From Planctomycetota bacterium (GTDB taxonomy: Bacteria > Planctomycetota > Brocadiia > Brocadiales > Brocadiaceae), in contig VGXV01000001.1 of assembly GCA_016873165.1 (NCBI GenBank), forward strand, positions 93,643 through 125,642: a stretch of DNA of 32,000 nt, read 5' to 3'. The translations under genes were made by a program, and so were the position numbers. Shown here piece by piece: positions 8,567 to 17,951 of the stretch. The notes under the pieces were generated by a model that saw only the letters and a list, made by a program, of their open reading frames with translations, made no database searches and was not told where the DNA came from. Within the stretch, counting starts at the first letter, position 1, and each line of letters opens with the position of its first letter.

Positions 8567-8962
8567 TTAACGCTTCGTCCACTGGAAACTCTTTCTTGCG
8601 CCCTTTCGACCATATTTTTTGCGTTCCTTCATTCTGCTGTCGCGTGTCAAAAGGCCGTTTTCACGCAAACTATCAGTATGAGCAGAATCTAACTTAGCCA
8701 TAGCGCGAGCTAAACCCATACACACTGCCCCCGCCTGACCATTTACCCCGCCGCCTTTTACATTTACCAGCACATCATATCCACCTAGTGTTTTTGTAAC
8801 CTTTAATGGATTCTGAACTATATTTTTCAGACGATCGACAGGAAAATATTCATTAATATCACGTTTATTTACAATTACCCTGCCTGTACCTTTTTTTATT
8901 CTTACACTGGCAACGGAAGATTTGCGCCTTCCCGTACCCCAAACATACTGTTCTGTAACCAT
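8567..8962 (-). CDS. rpsI: 30S ribosomal protein S9
   Basis: '[14 protein letters not shown]', '[11 protein letters not shown]', C-terminal '[18 protein letters not shown]'. Confidence 0.97.
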   Translation of the reverse strand: MVTEQYVWGTGRRKSSVASVRIKKGTGRVIVNKRDINEYFPVDRLKNIVQNPLKVTKTLGGYDVLVNVKGGGVNGQAGAVCMGLARAMAKLDSAHTDSLRENGLLTRDSRMKERKKYGRKGARKSFQWTKR

Positions 8963-8971
8963 TTTTCTCCT

Positions 8972-9406
8972 TTAATTCCTAATTGTTAACTCTTTCGGTT
9001 GTTGAGCCTGATGAGGATGATTTGCATCTTTATATATTTTTACTTTTTTCAGCATCGCCTTCCCCAATCTCGTTTTTGGCAACATAAGCTTAATGGATCG
9101 GTTCAGTATTTTTTCCGGCGATGTCTTCAGAGTGCTACCAACCATTCTCTTTCTCAATCCTCCCTGATATCCCGTCACATAATAGTGAATCTTTTCCTGC
9201 ATTTTTTTCCCGGTAAGTCTCACCTTGCTCGCATTTGTAATAATCACAAAATCTCCCACATCGACATGCGGGGTATATTCCGGTTTGTGTTTACCCTGCA
9301 GCACCCGGGCTATTGTTGTCAAAATTCTGCCAAGAACCTTATCCTCAGCGTCAACAATATACCAATCTCGCTTCACATCTTCTTTTTTTGCCATATAACT
9401 TTTCAT
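8972..9406 (-). CDS. rplM: 50S ribosomal protein L13
   Basis: 'MKSYMAKKEDVKRDWYIVDAEDKVLGRILTTIARVLQGKHKPEYTPHVD' is colinear with canonical L13. It lies 9 nt upstream of rpsI. Confidence 0.97.
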   Translation of the reverse strand: MKSYMAKKEDVKRDWYIVDAEDKVLGRILTTIARVLQGKHKPEYTPHVDVGDFVIITNASKVRLTGKKMQEKIHYYVTGYQGGLRKRMVGSTLKTSPEKILNRSIKLMLPKTRLGKAMLKKVKIYKDANHPHQAQQPKELTIRN

Positions 9407-9428
9407 TGCTTATATCCCTGAATCTTCT

Positions 9429-9460
9429 AAAAATAAAAAACGCCTTATATCGTAAGGCGC
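9429..9460 (-). terminator. Intrinsic-terminator-like hairpin plus U-run inside the rplM 5' leader (possible attenuator)
   Basis: Minus strand reads GCGCCTTA-cgata-TAAGGCGT followed by TTTTTTATTTTT. The U-run ends 22 nt before the rplM ATG. No minus-strand gene ends upstream of it. Confidence 0.45.
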
Positions 9461-9637
9461 TTCTCTATAAACTAAAGAATTTCAAATGTTTATCAAATTT
9501 TGCTTTAAATGTCAATTATATTTTAAAATACCACTTTAACTCAAATTTTAATTGACCTATGTACGGTTTGTATTTAACATAAATAACTAGTTTTTATTAT
9601 AGTGCCGGTTACCAACTTTTCAATAGGATTTTTAACT

Positions 9638-10111
9638 ATGCCAAATGATATTTTTGTCGATTTAAATACTCTGGACATAAACAACCCCGTCGTCGATATA
9701 GAAGGAATACGTAGCGTTATACCACATCGGTACGAAATGGAACAACTAAGCGGGATTTTACAATTTGACCCAGAACGTAAAATAATCGTTGGCTACAAAG
9801 TTATTTCACAGAATGAATTTTGGGTAAGGGGGCACATACCAAACCGCCCGCTCATGCCAGGGGTAATGATGCTTGAAGCTGCCGCTCAATTATGCACCTA
9901 TTATTACAAGAAAACAACACACGATGATCGTTTTCTTGGTTTTGGCGGGGTAGACAGTGTAAAATTTAGAGGCAAAGTTGTCCCAGGCGATAACCTTATA
10001 CTCATTGCCCGGAACAAAGAATTGAGACCACGAAGGGCAATCTTTGATACTCAAGGAGTCGTCGACGGAAAACTGGTATATGAAGGGGTAGTAATTGGAA
10101 TGGTCGTATAA
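9638..10111 (+). CDS. FabA/FabZ-family (hotdog fold) 3-hydroxyacyl-ACP dehydratase-like protein, orphan copy
   Basis: 'FWVRGHIPNRPLMPGVMMLEAAAQL' contains the catalytic His and Glu context of FabZ. The start is trimmed to the ATG at 9638. Confidence 0.75.
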   Translation: MPNDIFVDLNTLDINNPVVDIEGIRSVIPHRYEMEQLSGILQFDPERKIIVGYKVISQNEFWVRGHIPNRPLMPGVMMLEAAAQLCTYYYKKTTHDDRFLGFGGVDSVKFRGKVVPGDNLILIARNKELRPRRAIFDTQGVVDGKLVYEGVVIGMVV

Positions 10112-10213
10112 GATTAATACCGTATTGAAATAAATTTATAATATTGAAAAATTTTTCATATTACCGATAACAAATGTTTTCTCACATCTTATAAAGCAAT
10201 GTATTCACGATAG

Positions 10214-10930
10214 CTATTTTACATCGGACTCTTCTTTATTTAACAATTTTAAGATATCCGTTATATTTTTTATGGTGTAATCCGGTTTAATTTGAAATTC
10301 CCGTTTTTGTAAAAATGATTTATAATGCCTCCCATGTTCGTACATAACGGTAATCATACCCAACATTTTCCCCGCAGCAATTTCATCGTCTATTTTATCC
10401 CCTACACAGATAATTTCTTCTGATTTCAATTGGCAATGCTGCATAATATCCTCAAAATAATCCCTTTTTTTCTTTCCCCCGTTTCTTTCTACGATTAGTA
10501 TTTTATCAAAATAATTATTTCCCAACCCAAGCATATCTATTTTATGCTTCTGAACCTGCCTTTCTCCGGAAGTAACAAGGAACAGTTTATACTCTTGCCT
10601 TTTCAGTTGAATAAGAGTGTCTGTTACACCAGGAAACAGGCTAATATCAGAAATTTCTATGAATATATATTCGTCCAATAGTTTTTTGCAGTATGAGGGA
10701 TGAAGGTCATACATTGCAACAATGTGCTCATATACATTGCATTTTGTTCCATTCTTTTCTTCTACTTCATTTTGTAACTGGAACGCTTCTTCTTCACTAC
10801 AACCTATTAATTTAGCCATAGTTTTTGCAACACGACGTCTCCCGCGAACTACCAACGTACCACTGCAATCATACAACGTATCGTCAAGATCAAAAATAAT
10901 AGCTTTGGTTCTTGCTATATCACTTACCAT
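10214..10930 (-). CDS. HAD-superfamily hydrolase (subfamily IA-like)
   Basis: An internal ATG gives 'MVSDIARTKAIIFDLDDTLYD' (motif I). 'LFLVTSG' is motif II and 'ICVGDKIDDEIAAG' is motif IV. Confidence 0.75.
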   Translation of the reverse strand: MVSDIARTKAIIFDLDDTLYDCSGTLVVRGRRRVAKTMAKLIGCSEEEAFQLQNEVEEKNGTKCNVYEHIVAMYDLHPSYCKKLLDEYIFIEISDISLFPGVTDTLIQLKRQEYKLFLVTSGERQVQKHKIDMLGLGNNYFDKILIVERNGGKKKRDYFEDIMQHCQLKSEEIICVGDKIDDEIAAGKMLGMITVMYEHGRHYKSFLQKREFQIKPDYTIKNITDILKLLNKEESDVK

Positions 10931-11408
10931 ATCATGAAATTCCTTTTTTAAGCTAAAAAGAGATGATTTTTGACACAAATACAATATCAAATTTAAGTTT
11001 GCACAGTACCACACAATGCCATATTATATGGTATTTATGCCAAGCTTATTAAAAATATTATGACTTCCAACTTCTCTGAAATACGTTTGAAAGAAAAAAA
11101 TTAGCTCTAACTCTCGAAAAATGAAATTTTTAGAGAAATAATTTAGAAAATAAATGATGTTGGAATAATTTTCGCTTTATAGTTTTACATCGTATCTTTC
11201 TTCTGAAAATAATGTATTTTATTTAACGTAGATCAACTCCGGTATTGCAATAAATTTTCTTCGTTTTTTGATATTCCGCAACAAATATAATTTTTAGCAA
11301 TAATTCTTTATCACCGTAATATATTTATTATATTTTTCATTTGATATTTTTGAAACGCTGATTATTTATCCTCTTTTAACATCATATTTATTTTTTACTA
11401 AAGACAAT

Positions 11409-13640
11409 ATGATTAATAATAAGTTCATTCTGTTAATTGGAATCGGAATTGGCATTTTTTTTTGGATCGCTGAAAGTGTTATGCATTGCTCTCTGCATCA
11501 CCCGAATAGAAGTTACTTCCAAACTATTTTCATTTCATCACCGTATGAATTTTTCATGCGTTCCTGTATCAGTTTTCTTTTTATTGTTCTGGGAATAATT
11601 TCTCAATATTGGATTAATAAGTTAAAAAATATAAATATAGCATTAAATGAATCGAGAGGAAAGTACTATAACCTTATGAACACGGCAAATGATGCTATTT
11701 TTATCATTAATTCAAAAACAGGCATGGTTGTTGAGGCAAACAAAAAAGCGGAAGCTCTTATTGGCATCCCGGCACATAAAATAGTAAACACACATTACTC
11801 TCAGTTTATCCCCAAAAAAGATATCGATTTTTATCACAGAACCGGAGGGAAAATAAAAGAATCGGCCGTTTTTCATAAAGATGGACACACAATCCCTGTA
11901 GAGGTCAGTATCAACAGTGTAGAATACGATAACAACTCATGCATTCAAGGCATTTTCAGAGATATCTCCGAACGTTTAAAAATACAAGAACGATTTCGCA
12001 TATTATCTCTCGGGGCAGAACAAAGCCATAATCTGGTGTTGATAACAAATAAAGATGGTTTTATTGAATATGCAAACCCCTCAATTGAAAAAATAACCGG
12101 TTACAGCCAGAAAGAAGTGATTGGGCAAAAACCCTCTTTGTTTAAATCAGGGAAACATTCCGACAGATTTTATCAGGAATTATGGAATACGATACTCAGC
12201 GGAAAAACCTGGTATGGCACGCTAATCAACAGAAAAAAATCCGGTGAACTTTTTTACGAAGACACCACAATCGCACCCGTTTTAAATGAAAGTGGTTTAA
12301 TAACACACTTTATCGCACTAAAAGTAAATGTTACCGCAAGAAAACTCATAGAAGACACATTGGCAGAAACTCTCCAATATGAGAGAATCTGTGTAGAAGT
12401 ACTAGAGCTTTTCAACTCAACTTACGATCAAGGTGCTATTTTCCATGTAATACTCTCGCTTCTTGCAGAAAATAATATCTTCCCCGTTTCCGCCATTTTT
12501 TTACATGATAAGCAGTCAGATACATTAAATTGTGTTGAGGTTCAAGGCGTCCATAAGCATCATGATATATTCTTTCGTTTAGAAGACGATTTAGTTATGC
12601 AGGCAATCCGGCAAAGAAAAACGATCATCACTCATCTAAAAAATGAAATCCTGCTCTATACAAACAAAAACAATACCGTATTAAAAATTACACAAATAGT
12701 TGCGAGCCCCATTCTTTTTCAGGATAACATTTCCGGAATATTGGTAGTGGCTATGAGCAAACCGATAAATGAAACGACACTCAATTTTATAGAAAGGTTT
12801 TGCGTCCAACTTGGGGTTGCATTTAATAACCTTAAACAATACAATACACTGAAAACACTTTCTGAACAATTACAGAAAAGAGAGCAGGAATTATCTGAAA
12901 TAAATGTCACTCTCGGACATGCAAATAAAATGAAGACTGAATTTATATCAAATATGTCCCATGAATTCCGCACGCCTTTAAATGGAATTATCGGCTTCTC
13001 AGAGTTAATGCTTCATGAAATTCCCGGCAAACTGTCATCGGAACAAAAAGACTACATGAAGCATATATTCAGCAGCGCCGAGCGTCTCTCCTCACTTATC
13101 AACAACATTCTTGATATATCCACCATAGAAGCGGGCAAAATGCAGTTAGAACTTTCATCAGTAAATATTCCTGAAATTATCAATGCCGATGTCTCAATGT
13201 TAAAAGAAAAGATTCATGCCCACAATATCAATCTCTCTGTACACATAGAACAAGGAATCGATTTTATCCGGGCAGATGCGATAAAACTCAAACAAATCAT
13301 CTTAAATCTTTTGTCAAATGCTGTAAAATATACACCCGATGGAGGTAGTATTATTATTAGCGGCAAAAAAGTACACAATGATTCTATGGTTTTTTTTGAA
13401 CTTTCCATAACTGACACCGGTACCGGTATTTCGAAAGAAAACATGACCAGACTATTTAAACCCTTTGAACAATTAGACAATTCCCCCGAAAAAAACCATA
13501 GAGGTGCAGGTCTTGGATTGGTAATGGTAAAAAGACTTACAGAACTTCACAATGGCACCGTATCAGTTGAAAGTGAACCTGGAAAAGGAAGTTGTTTCAA
13601 AGTCCGGATTCCTATTTCTGCGCACAACTCAAATTCATGA
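11409..13640 (+). CDS. Membrane-anchored PAS-PAS-GAF sensor histidine kinase
   Basis: Two N-terminal hydrophobic segments. There are two PAS-like regions ('NTANDAIFIINSKTGMVVEANKKAEALIG' and 'LVLITNKDGFIEYANPSIEKITGYSQKEVIG') and a GAF-like region. H-box 'SHEFRTPLNGIIGF'; ATPase boxes 'LLSNAVKYT', 'DTGTGI', 'GAGLGL'. Confidence 0.85.
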   Translation: MINNKFILLIGIGIGIFFWIAESVMHCSLHHPNRSYFQTIFISSPYEFFMRSCISFLFIVLGIISQYWINKLKNINIALNESRGKYYNLMNTANDAIFIINSKTGMVVEANKKAEALIGIPAHKIVNTHYSQFIPKKDIDFYHRTGGKIKESAVFHKDGHTIPVEVSINSVEYDNNSCIQGIFRDISERLKIQERFRILSLGAEQSHNLVLITNKDGFIEYANPSIEKITGYSQKEVIGQKPSLFKSGKHSDRFYQELWNTILSGKTWYGTLINRKKSGELFYEDTTIAPVLNESGLITHFIALKVNVTARKLIEDTLAETLQYERICVEVLELFNSTYDQGAIFHVILSLLAENNIFPVSAIFLHDKQSDTLNCVEVQGVHKHHDIFFRLEDDLVMQAIRQRKTIITHLKNEILLYTNKNNTVLKITQIVASPILFQDNISGILVVAMSKPINETTLNFIERFCVQLGVAFNNLKQYNTLKTLSEQLQKREQELSEINVTLGHANKMKTEFISNMSHEFRTPLNGIIGFSELMLHEIPGKLSSEQKDYMKHIFSSAERLSSLINNILDISTIEAGKMQLELSSVNIPEIINADVSMLKEKIHAHNINLSVHIEQGIDFIRADAIKLKQIILNLLSNAVKYTPDGGSIIISGKKVHNDSMVFFELSITDTGTGISKENMTRLFKPFEQLDNSPEKNHRGAGLGLVMVKRLTELHNGTVSVESEPGKGSCFKVRIPISAHNSNS

Positions 13641-13707
13641 ATGTTGTACGCTAAAATATTTTGTTAATGTTAATTCATTCATTTTAGTTCCAGTATCATA
13701 CTTGCTT

Positions 13708-14841
13708 ATGAAAATTGATAAACTGATAGAGAGTAATCAGAAAATTTTAATTGTAGATGATGAAGAAGTTAATCGTGTTTTACTGAAAGCGATATTAAAT
13801 AATGATGGTTACCTCACAGAAACAGCATCAAACGGCAAGGAAGCTCTCAATGCCATAGAGAAGCACAATCCAGACCTCATATTGCTTGACGTCATGATGC
13901 CAAATTTAAACGGATACGACATCTGTAAAATTTTAAAAGATTCCCCCAATACCTCCAATATTCCGGTAATAATGGTAACCGCCCTGACTGATAAAGATTC
14001 AAAGCGCAAAGGACTTGATGCCGGCGCTATTGATTTTTTAAACAAACCGATAGATCGTATCGAACTGTTACTTAGAATTAAAAATATTCTTAAAATAAAA
14101 AAATATGATGATTTTCTCAGGAATTACAATACAGAACTGGAAAGTATCGTTGAAAAAAAGACCCATCAGTTAAAGAACGCTTTTATCGAAACTATTGATA
14201 AGCTCGCAAGCGCAGCAGAACATAAAGATGGTGACACCGCATTGCATATTAAACGTGTCAGCCATTACACAAAATTAATCGCAAAAGAGCTTGGATTTAA
14301 CGACGACAAAACTCAAATTATGTTTTATGGAAGCGCAATGCACGATATCGGAAAAGTAGGAACACCGGATCACATTCTTCTTAAAACCGGAAAATTAACT
14401 CCTGGAGAATTTGAGATTATGAAAAAACATACCATTATTGGACAAAAAATCCTTGCCAATTCTACTTCTGAATATCTGAAATCGGGAGAACTGTTTGCGT
14501 TATACCATCACGAAAGATGGAATGGCACCGGATATCCCAATCAATTAAGTGAAAACGAAATTCCTATAGAAGGAAGGATAATACATCTTGCCGATCACTA
14601 CGATGCGCTGCGCAACGCTCGTTCATACAAAACCGCTTACACCCATGAACAAACCTTAGAGATTATCATAAAAGGCGATCATCGGACAAAACCAACACAT
14701 TTCGATCCAGAAATTCTCTCATTATTCAAAAGTTGTCATTTAAGATTTGCTCAAATATATGAACAATATAAAGACCGCAGAAATGTTAAAAATCACGTGA
14801 ATGATTATTATACCGCAATTGCTTCAACACAGACTGCATAA
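13708..14841 (+). CDS. Response regulator with HD-GYP (c-di-GMP phosphodiesterase-type) output domain
   Basis: The ATG at 13708 gives 'MKIDKLIESNQKILIVDDEE'. REC 'DLILLDVMMPNLNGYD'. HD-GYP blocks 'HIKRVSHYT', 'AMHDIGKVG', 'HHERWNGTGYPN'. Confidence 0.9.
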   Translation: MKIDKLIESNQKILIVDDEEVNRVLLKAILNNDGYLTETASNGKEALNAIEKHNPDLILLDVMMPNLNGYDICKILKDSPNTSNIPVIMVTALTDKDSKRKGLDAGAIDFLNKPIDRIELLLRIKNILKIKKYDDFLRNYNTELESIVEKKTHQLKNAFIETIDKLASAAEHKDGDTALHIKRVSHYTKLIAKELGFNDDKTQIMFYGSAMHDIGKVGTPDHILLKTGKLTPGEFEIMKKHTIIGQKILANSTSEYLKSGELFALYHHERWNGTGYPNQLSENEIPIEGRIIHLADHYDALRNARSYKTAYTHEQTLEIIIKGDHRTKPTHFDPEILSLFKSCHLRFAQIYEQYKDRRNVKNHVNDYYTAIASTQTA

Positions 14842-14892
14842 AAGGACTTTCTGATATATTTACCCGTACCTTCAATATTACATGAAATCCTA

Positions 14893-15304
14893 CTACATTT
14901 TGTAAGAAGATAAGCAGTCTATCATAAGCGCACCGGTGCAATTTTGCCAGCAAAGCCCTGTCATGCTTAAAATAGACCGCAGCATAATGGGTATGCTGAA
15001 AACATATTGCCGATGGGGAAAGGAATAGAGGATAGTCTCATGTAATACATCTCTGAACCGAACAACCTTTTTTTTCATGATATGTCGGGCAAAACCACCT
15101 GCCTTTACAGCTAAAGGCAAGCAGATATTCCCTGCAGTAGTCACCGCAGCACACCCTGGCAAAGCCATTCTTCAGGTCGCCACCTATCAAATAATTCCGG
15201 ATATCTTCTCCTATGACAGGACGAAAGAAACCGTACCTCTGTTCAAACCGTTCTTCGTAGCATCGCTCGAAGTTTTCATAGTGGTTATTAAGCAACCTCC
15301 ACAA
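14893..15304 (-). pseudogene. IS91-family (Y2 transposase, zinc-binding N-terminal domain) transposase relic, frameshifted and 3'-truncated
   Basis: Frame A has 'YLIGGDLKNGFARVCCGDYCREYLLAFSCKGRWFCPTYHEKK'. Frame B continues with 'VVRFRDVLHETILYSFPHRQYVFSIPIMLRS'. The frames join at an A8 run (plus-strand T8 at 15068-15075). Only about 135 of an expected ~400 codons remain, and one zinc-ligand position reads CPTY instead of CPxC. Confidence 0.6.
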
Positions 15305-15529
15305 GGGGGAGTTATCAGGTTTTCGGGGATAAGTTCACAGTTTCATGGAGAGTACAGATGTATAACCTGAACCATCGTAAAGGTATGAAAGCTAAAATCG
15401 TCACCACTAACGACAGGAGATAAACCAGGCGCGCCACATATTTCAATTTGTTCGTCGTTATGCGAATATCTCCCATAGAAAAAAGGGCTTCAGGGGATTA
15501 CAAAGAAATGTGAAATGACATGCCTCAGA

Positions 15530-16198
15530 TCATGCATTAGGTTTTTTAGTACCTTTTCTGTCGGTTTCTTTAAGTTTGAGGTTAAGTATTTCCCGCTTTT
15601 TTCTTATTATTGCAGGTTGAACAAAATAAAAATTGAAAAGACTTTCAAGCACATCAAGATTCCAGTCTGCTTCGCCTGGTTCTATATCTACAACCTCACC
15701 AGTCCTTTCGCTTTTTATAGGATGCGCCGCAAAATTGCTGATTTTTTTCACGTCGTTAATTGTCTCCGCTAAGTATGGCGGTAAATTACCACTGTCTATC
15801 ACTTCCTGGATTGCATTAGCGAGATTGGATGATTTAACGTGTGCTTTTTCTCGCAATAGACGAAACAGACAACGACGGCTTATAGCGGCACTTGCCCTTG
15901 AACTATCCGCAAGAATAGAACAAGCCTCCCTATATTCCTGTGCAAATTCTTCCGGAATATCTTTCGAGAGTGGCACACGACTCTGCGACCTCGGGTAAAT
16001 GAGACGTTCTTCTTTGATAAATTCAAAGCTATGCCTGCCTCCGACACTGGTAATCTTTCCATTGCCAAGAGCCAGTATTATCCGGTCACAGGATGGACAC
16101 TTTCTGCTGATTATCCCCCAGTTACCGTTTGTGTCGTTACCAACAAGTATTACCTCATAGAAATCATGATATGACTCTAAACAATGCGGACATTTCAT
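15530..16198 (-). CDS. Zn-ribbon plus DUF4145-like domain protein
   Basis: The N-terminus carries two Cys pairs, 'CPHC' and 'CPSC'. The C-terminal helical region 'ACSILADSSRASAAISRRCLFRLLREK ... NFAAHP ... EADWNLDVLESLFNFYFV' resembles DUF4145. Confidence 0.6.
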   Translation of the reverse strand: MKCPHCLESYHDFYEVILVGNDTNGNWGIISRKCPSCDRIILALGNGKITSVGGRHSFEFIKEERLIYPRSQSRVPLSKDIPEEFAQEYREACSILADSSRASAAISRRCLFRLLREKAHVKSSNLANAIQEVIDSGNLPPYLAETINDVKKISNFAAHPIKSERTGEVVDIEPGEADWNLDVLESLFNFYFVQPAIIRKKREILNLKLKETDRKGTKKPNA

Positions 16199-16535
16199 AA
16201 TAATATACTACCTAAATCTTTTATCGTATAAATATTTTGAACAAGTCTTTTATACAATTTTTTTGATAAAAATGTCAAAATTTTTCCAGAAAGACAAATT
16301 GAAGAGATTTGTAGAGTGCATCTTAAATATTTAACAAGAGAAAGAAGATCTTTACATGTGAAATACTCCGGTGCGTATTATCATGTAAGGGTTTGGTAAG
16401 TTTTTCGGTGGTATACCATGAGCGGCGGTTACCATGAACTATAATCAGATCAATGCAGAACTAATGCGGAATAAACGCCTGAGTGATAAGTTAACAAATT
16501 TAAAGAAACAATTAGTTAATTTTTAAGATGTAGCC

Positions 16536-17951
16536 CTATTCCCTTGGTTTATCAATTATCGAATGAGCGGCCTCAAATAAAGCTTCTGACAATGTCGGAT
16601 GCGGAAATATGGTATTTGATATTTCCTGAATCGTACCTTCTAAAAGAGTATTTAGCGAAACACCCCACATCCATTCACCCACATGAGGTCCCATTGCATG
16701 CACGCCGAGAACTTCACCATATTTTTCCTCTGTAATAATTTTCACAAAACCATCCGATGACTCTCCTTCAATTATTGCCATGCTGTTCGCAGAAAATGGA
16801 AATTTTCCTATTTTCACCTTATATCCCATGCCTTCCGCTTCTTTTTGTGTAAGGCCGATACTCGCTACCTGTGGAAAACTGTAAACGACCCTTGGAATGT
16901 TTTTGCGGTTTGCTACTTGAGTCTCCTTGCCCGCAAGATGGGCTGCCAACATTAAACCTTCGTTCATTGCCTTGTGTGCAAGGAGTGGAGGTCCGGTAAT
17001 ATCGCCAATCGCATAAATTCCGCTTTGGCTTGTCTCCATCACTTCATTCGTCTGCAAATACTTACCGTCAAAATGTAACCCTAGATCCTTTATGCCAGAA
17101 TTATCCAGCTTCGGTGTTCTGCCCATTGCCAGTAATAATAACTCGGCATTTATAAACTCTTTTTTGCCGGAAGCATCTTCTTTTTCTCTTTTAATCTCTG
17201 CCTTAACACCATTCTCTATTTCTACTTTTTCCAAAGAGGTATGGGTCAAGACATCAACCCCTCCCCGTATAAGCAGTTTCTTTGTAGATTCACTGATTTC
17301 CCTATCTTCGGAAGGTAAAACGCACTCTAAAAACTCTACAACTGTAACTTTGGTTCCCAATGCGTTAAAGAGACATGCAAATTCAATCCCCACAGCGCCA
17401 CCTCCAACAATAATCATTGATTTCGGGATTTCTTCCCGAATCAAAATATCATCGCTGGTAAGTATGTATTTTTTGTCGTAAGGAATGGTTTCATGAATGA
17501 GAGGAACAGAACCGGTGGCAAGTACAATATTTTTTGCCTTTATCCGGTTTATTTCTGTTTTATCCCTGAAGAGTAAAACTTCCTGGGGGGAAGCGATATG
17601 CCCTTCGGCTCCGAACACTTCGACGCCATTTTTTTTTAATAAGAATTGAACCCCTTGAAATAATCGTTTAACGATGTATTCTTTGCGACGGTGGAATTGA
17701 GGATAGTTAATATTTAATCCGTTGGCAATAATTCCAAATTCAGTTGCATTGGCACACTTCCTGTAAAGTTCTGCTGAATATAACAGTGTCTTTGTAGGAA
17801 TACACCCCTGATGCAAGCACGTACCGCCAACTTTCTCTTTTTCTACTAAGGCAGTCTTTAAGCCGTACTGAGCGGCTTTTATTGCAGCAACATAACCCGC
17901 TGGCCCACCCCCAATGATGGCAAGATCAAAGGTTGAGTTGCTAACTGGCAA
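16536..17951 (-). CDS. lpdA: Dihydrolipoyl dehydrogenase (E3 component)
   Basis: 'FDLAIIGGGPAGYVAAIKAAQYG', redox-active disulfide 'GGTCLHQGCIPTK', 'IIVGGGAVGIEFA', C-terminal 'HPTLSEAL'. TTG start at 17951 preceded by AAAGGAGGAG. Confidence 0.95.
   Translation of the reverse strand: MPVSNSTFDLAIIGGGPAGYVAAIKAAQYGLKTALVEKEKVGGTCLHQGCIPTKTLLYSAELYRKCANATEFGIIANGLNINYPQFHRRKEYIVKRLFQGVQFLLKKNGVEVFGAEGHIASPQEVLLFRDKTEINRIKAKNIVLATGSVPLIHETIPYDKKYILTSDDILIREEIPKSMIIVGGGAVGIEFACLFNALGTKVTVVEFLECVLPSEDREISESTKKLLIRGGVDVLTHTSLEKVEIENGVKAEIKREKEDASGKKEFINAELLLLAMGRTPKLDNSGIKDLGLHFDGKYLQTNEVMETSQSGIYAIGDITGPPLLAHKAMNEGLMLAAHLAGKETQVANRKNIPRVVYSFPQVASIGLTQKEAEGMGYKVKIGKFPFSANSMAIIEGESSDGFVKIITEEKYGEVLGVHAMGPHVGEWMWGVSLNTLLEGTIQEISNTIFPHPTLSEALFEAAHSIIDKPRE

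Noticed and set aside
10931-11408. Long AT-rich divergent intergenic region scanned for small ORFs, repeats or RNA structure
   Set aside because: I found only short AT palindromes (for example ccatattatatgg) and a 14-codon ORF, nothing beyond what AT-rich sequence gives by chance.
15371-15529. 53-aa minus-strand ORF (MGDIRITTNKLKYVARLVYLL...) between the IS91 relic and the DUF4145 gene
   Set aside because: It has no SD and no recognisable family, and it runs into the transposase relic. It is probably degenerate leftover sequence.
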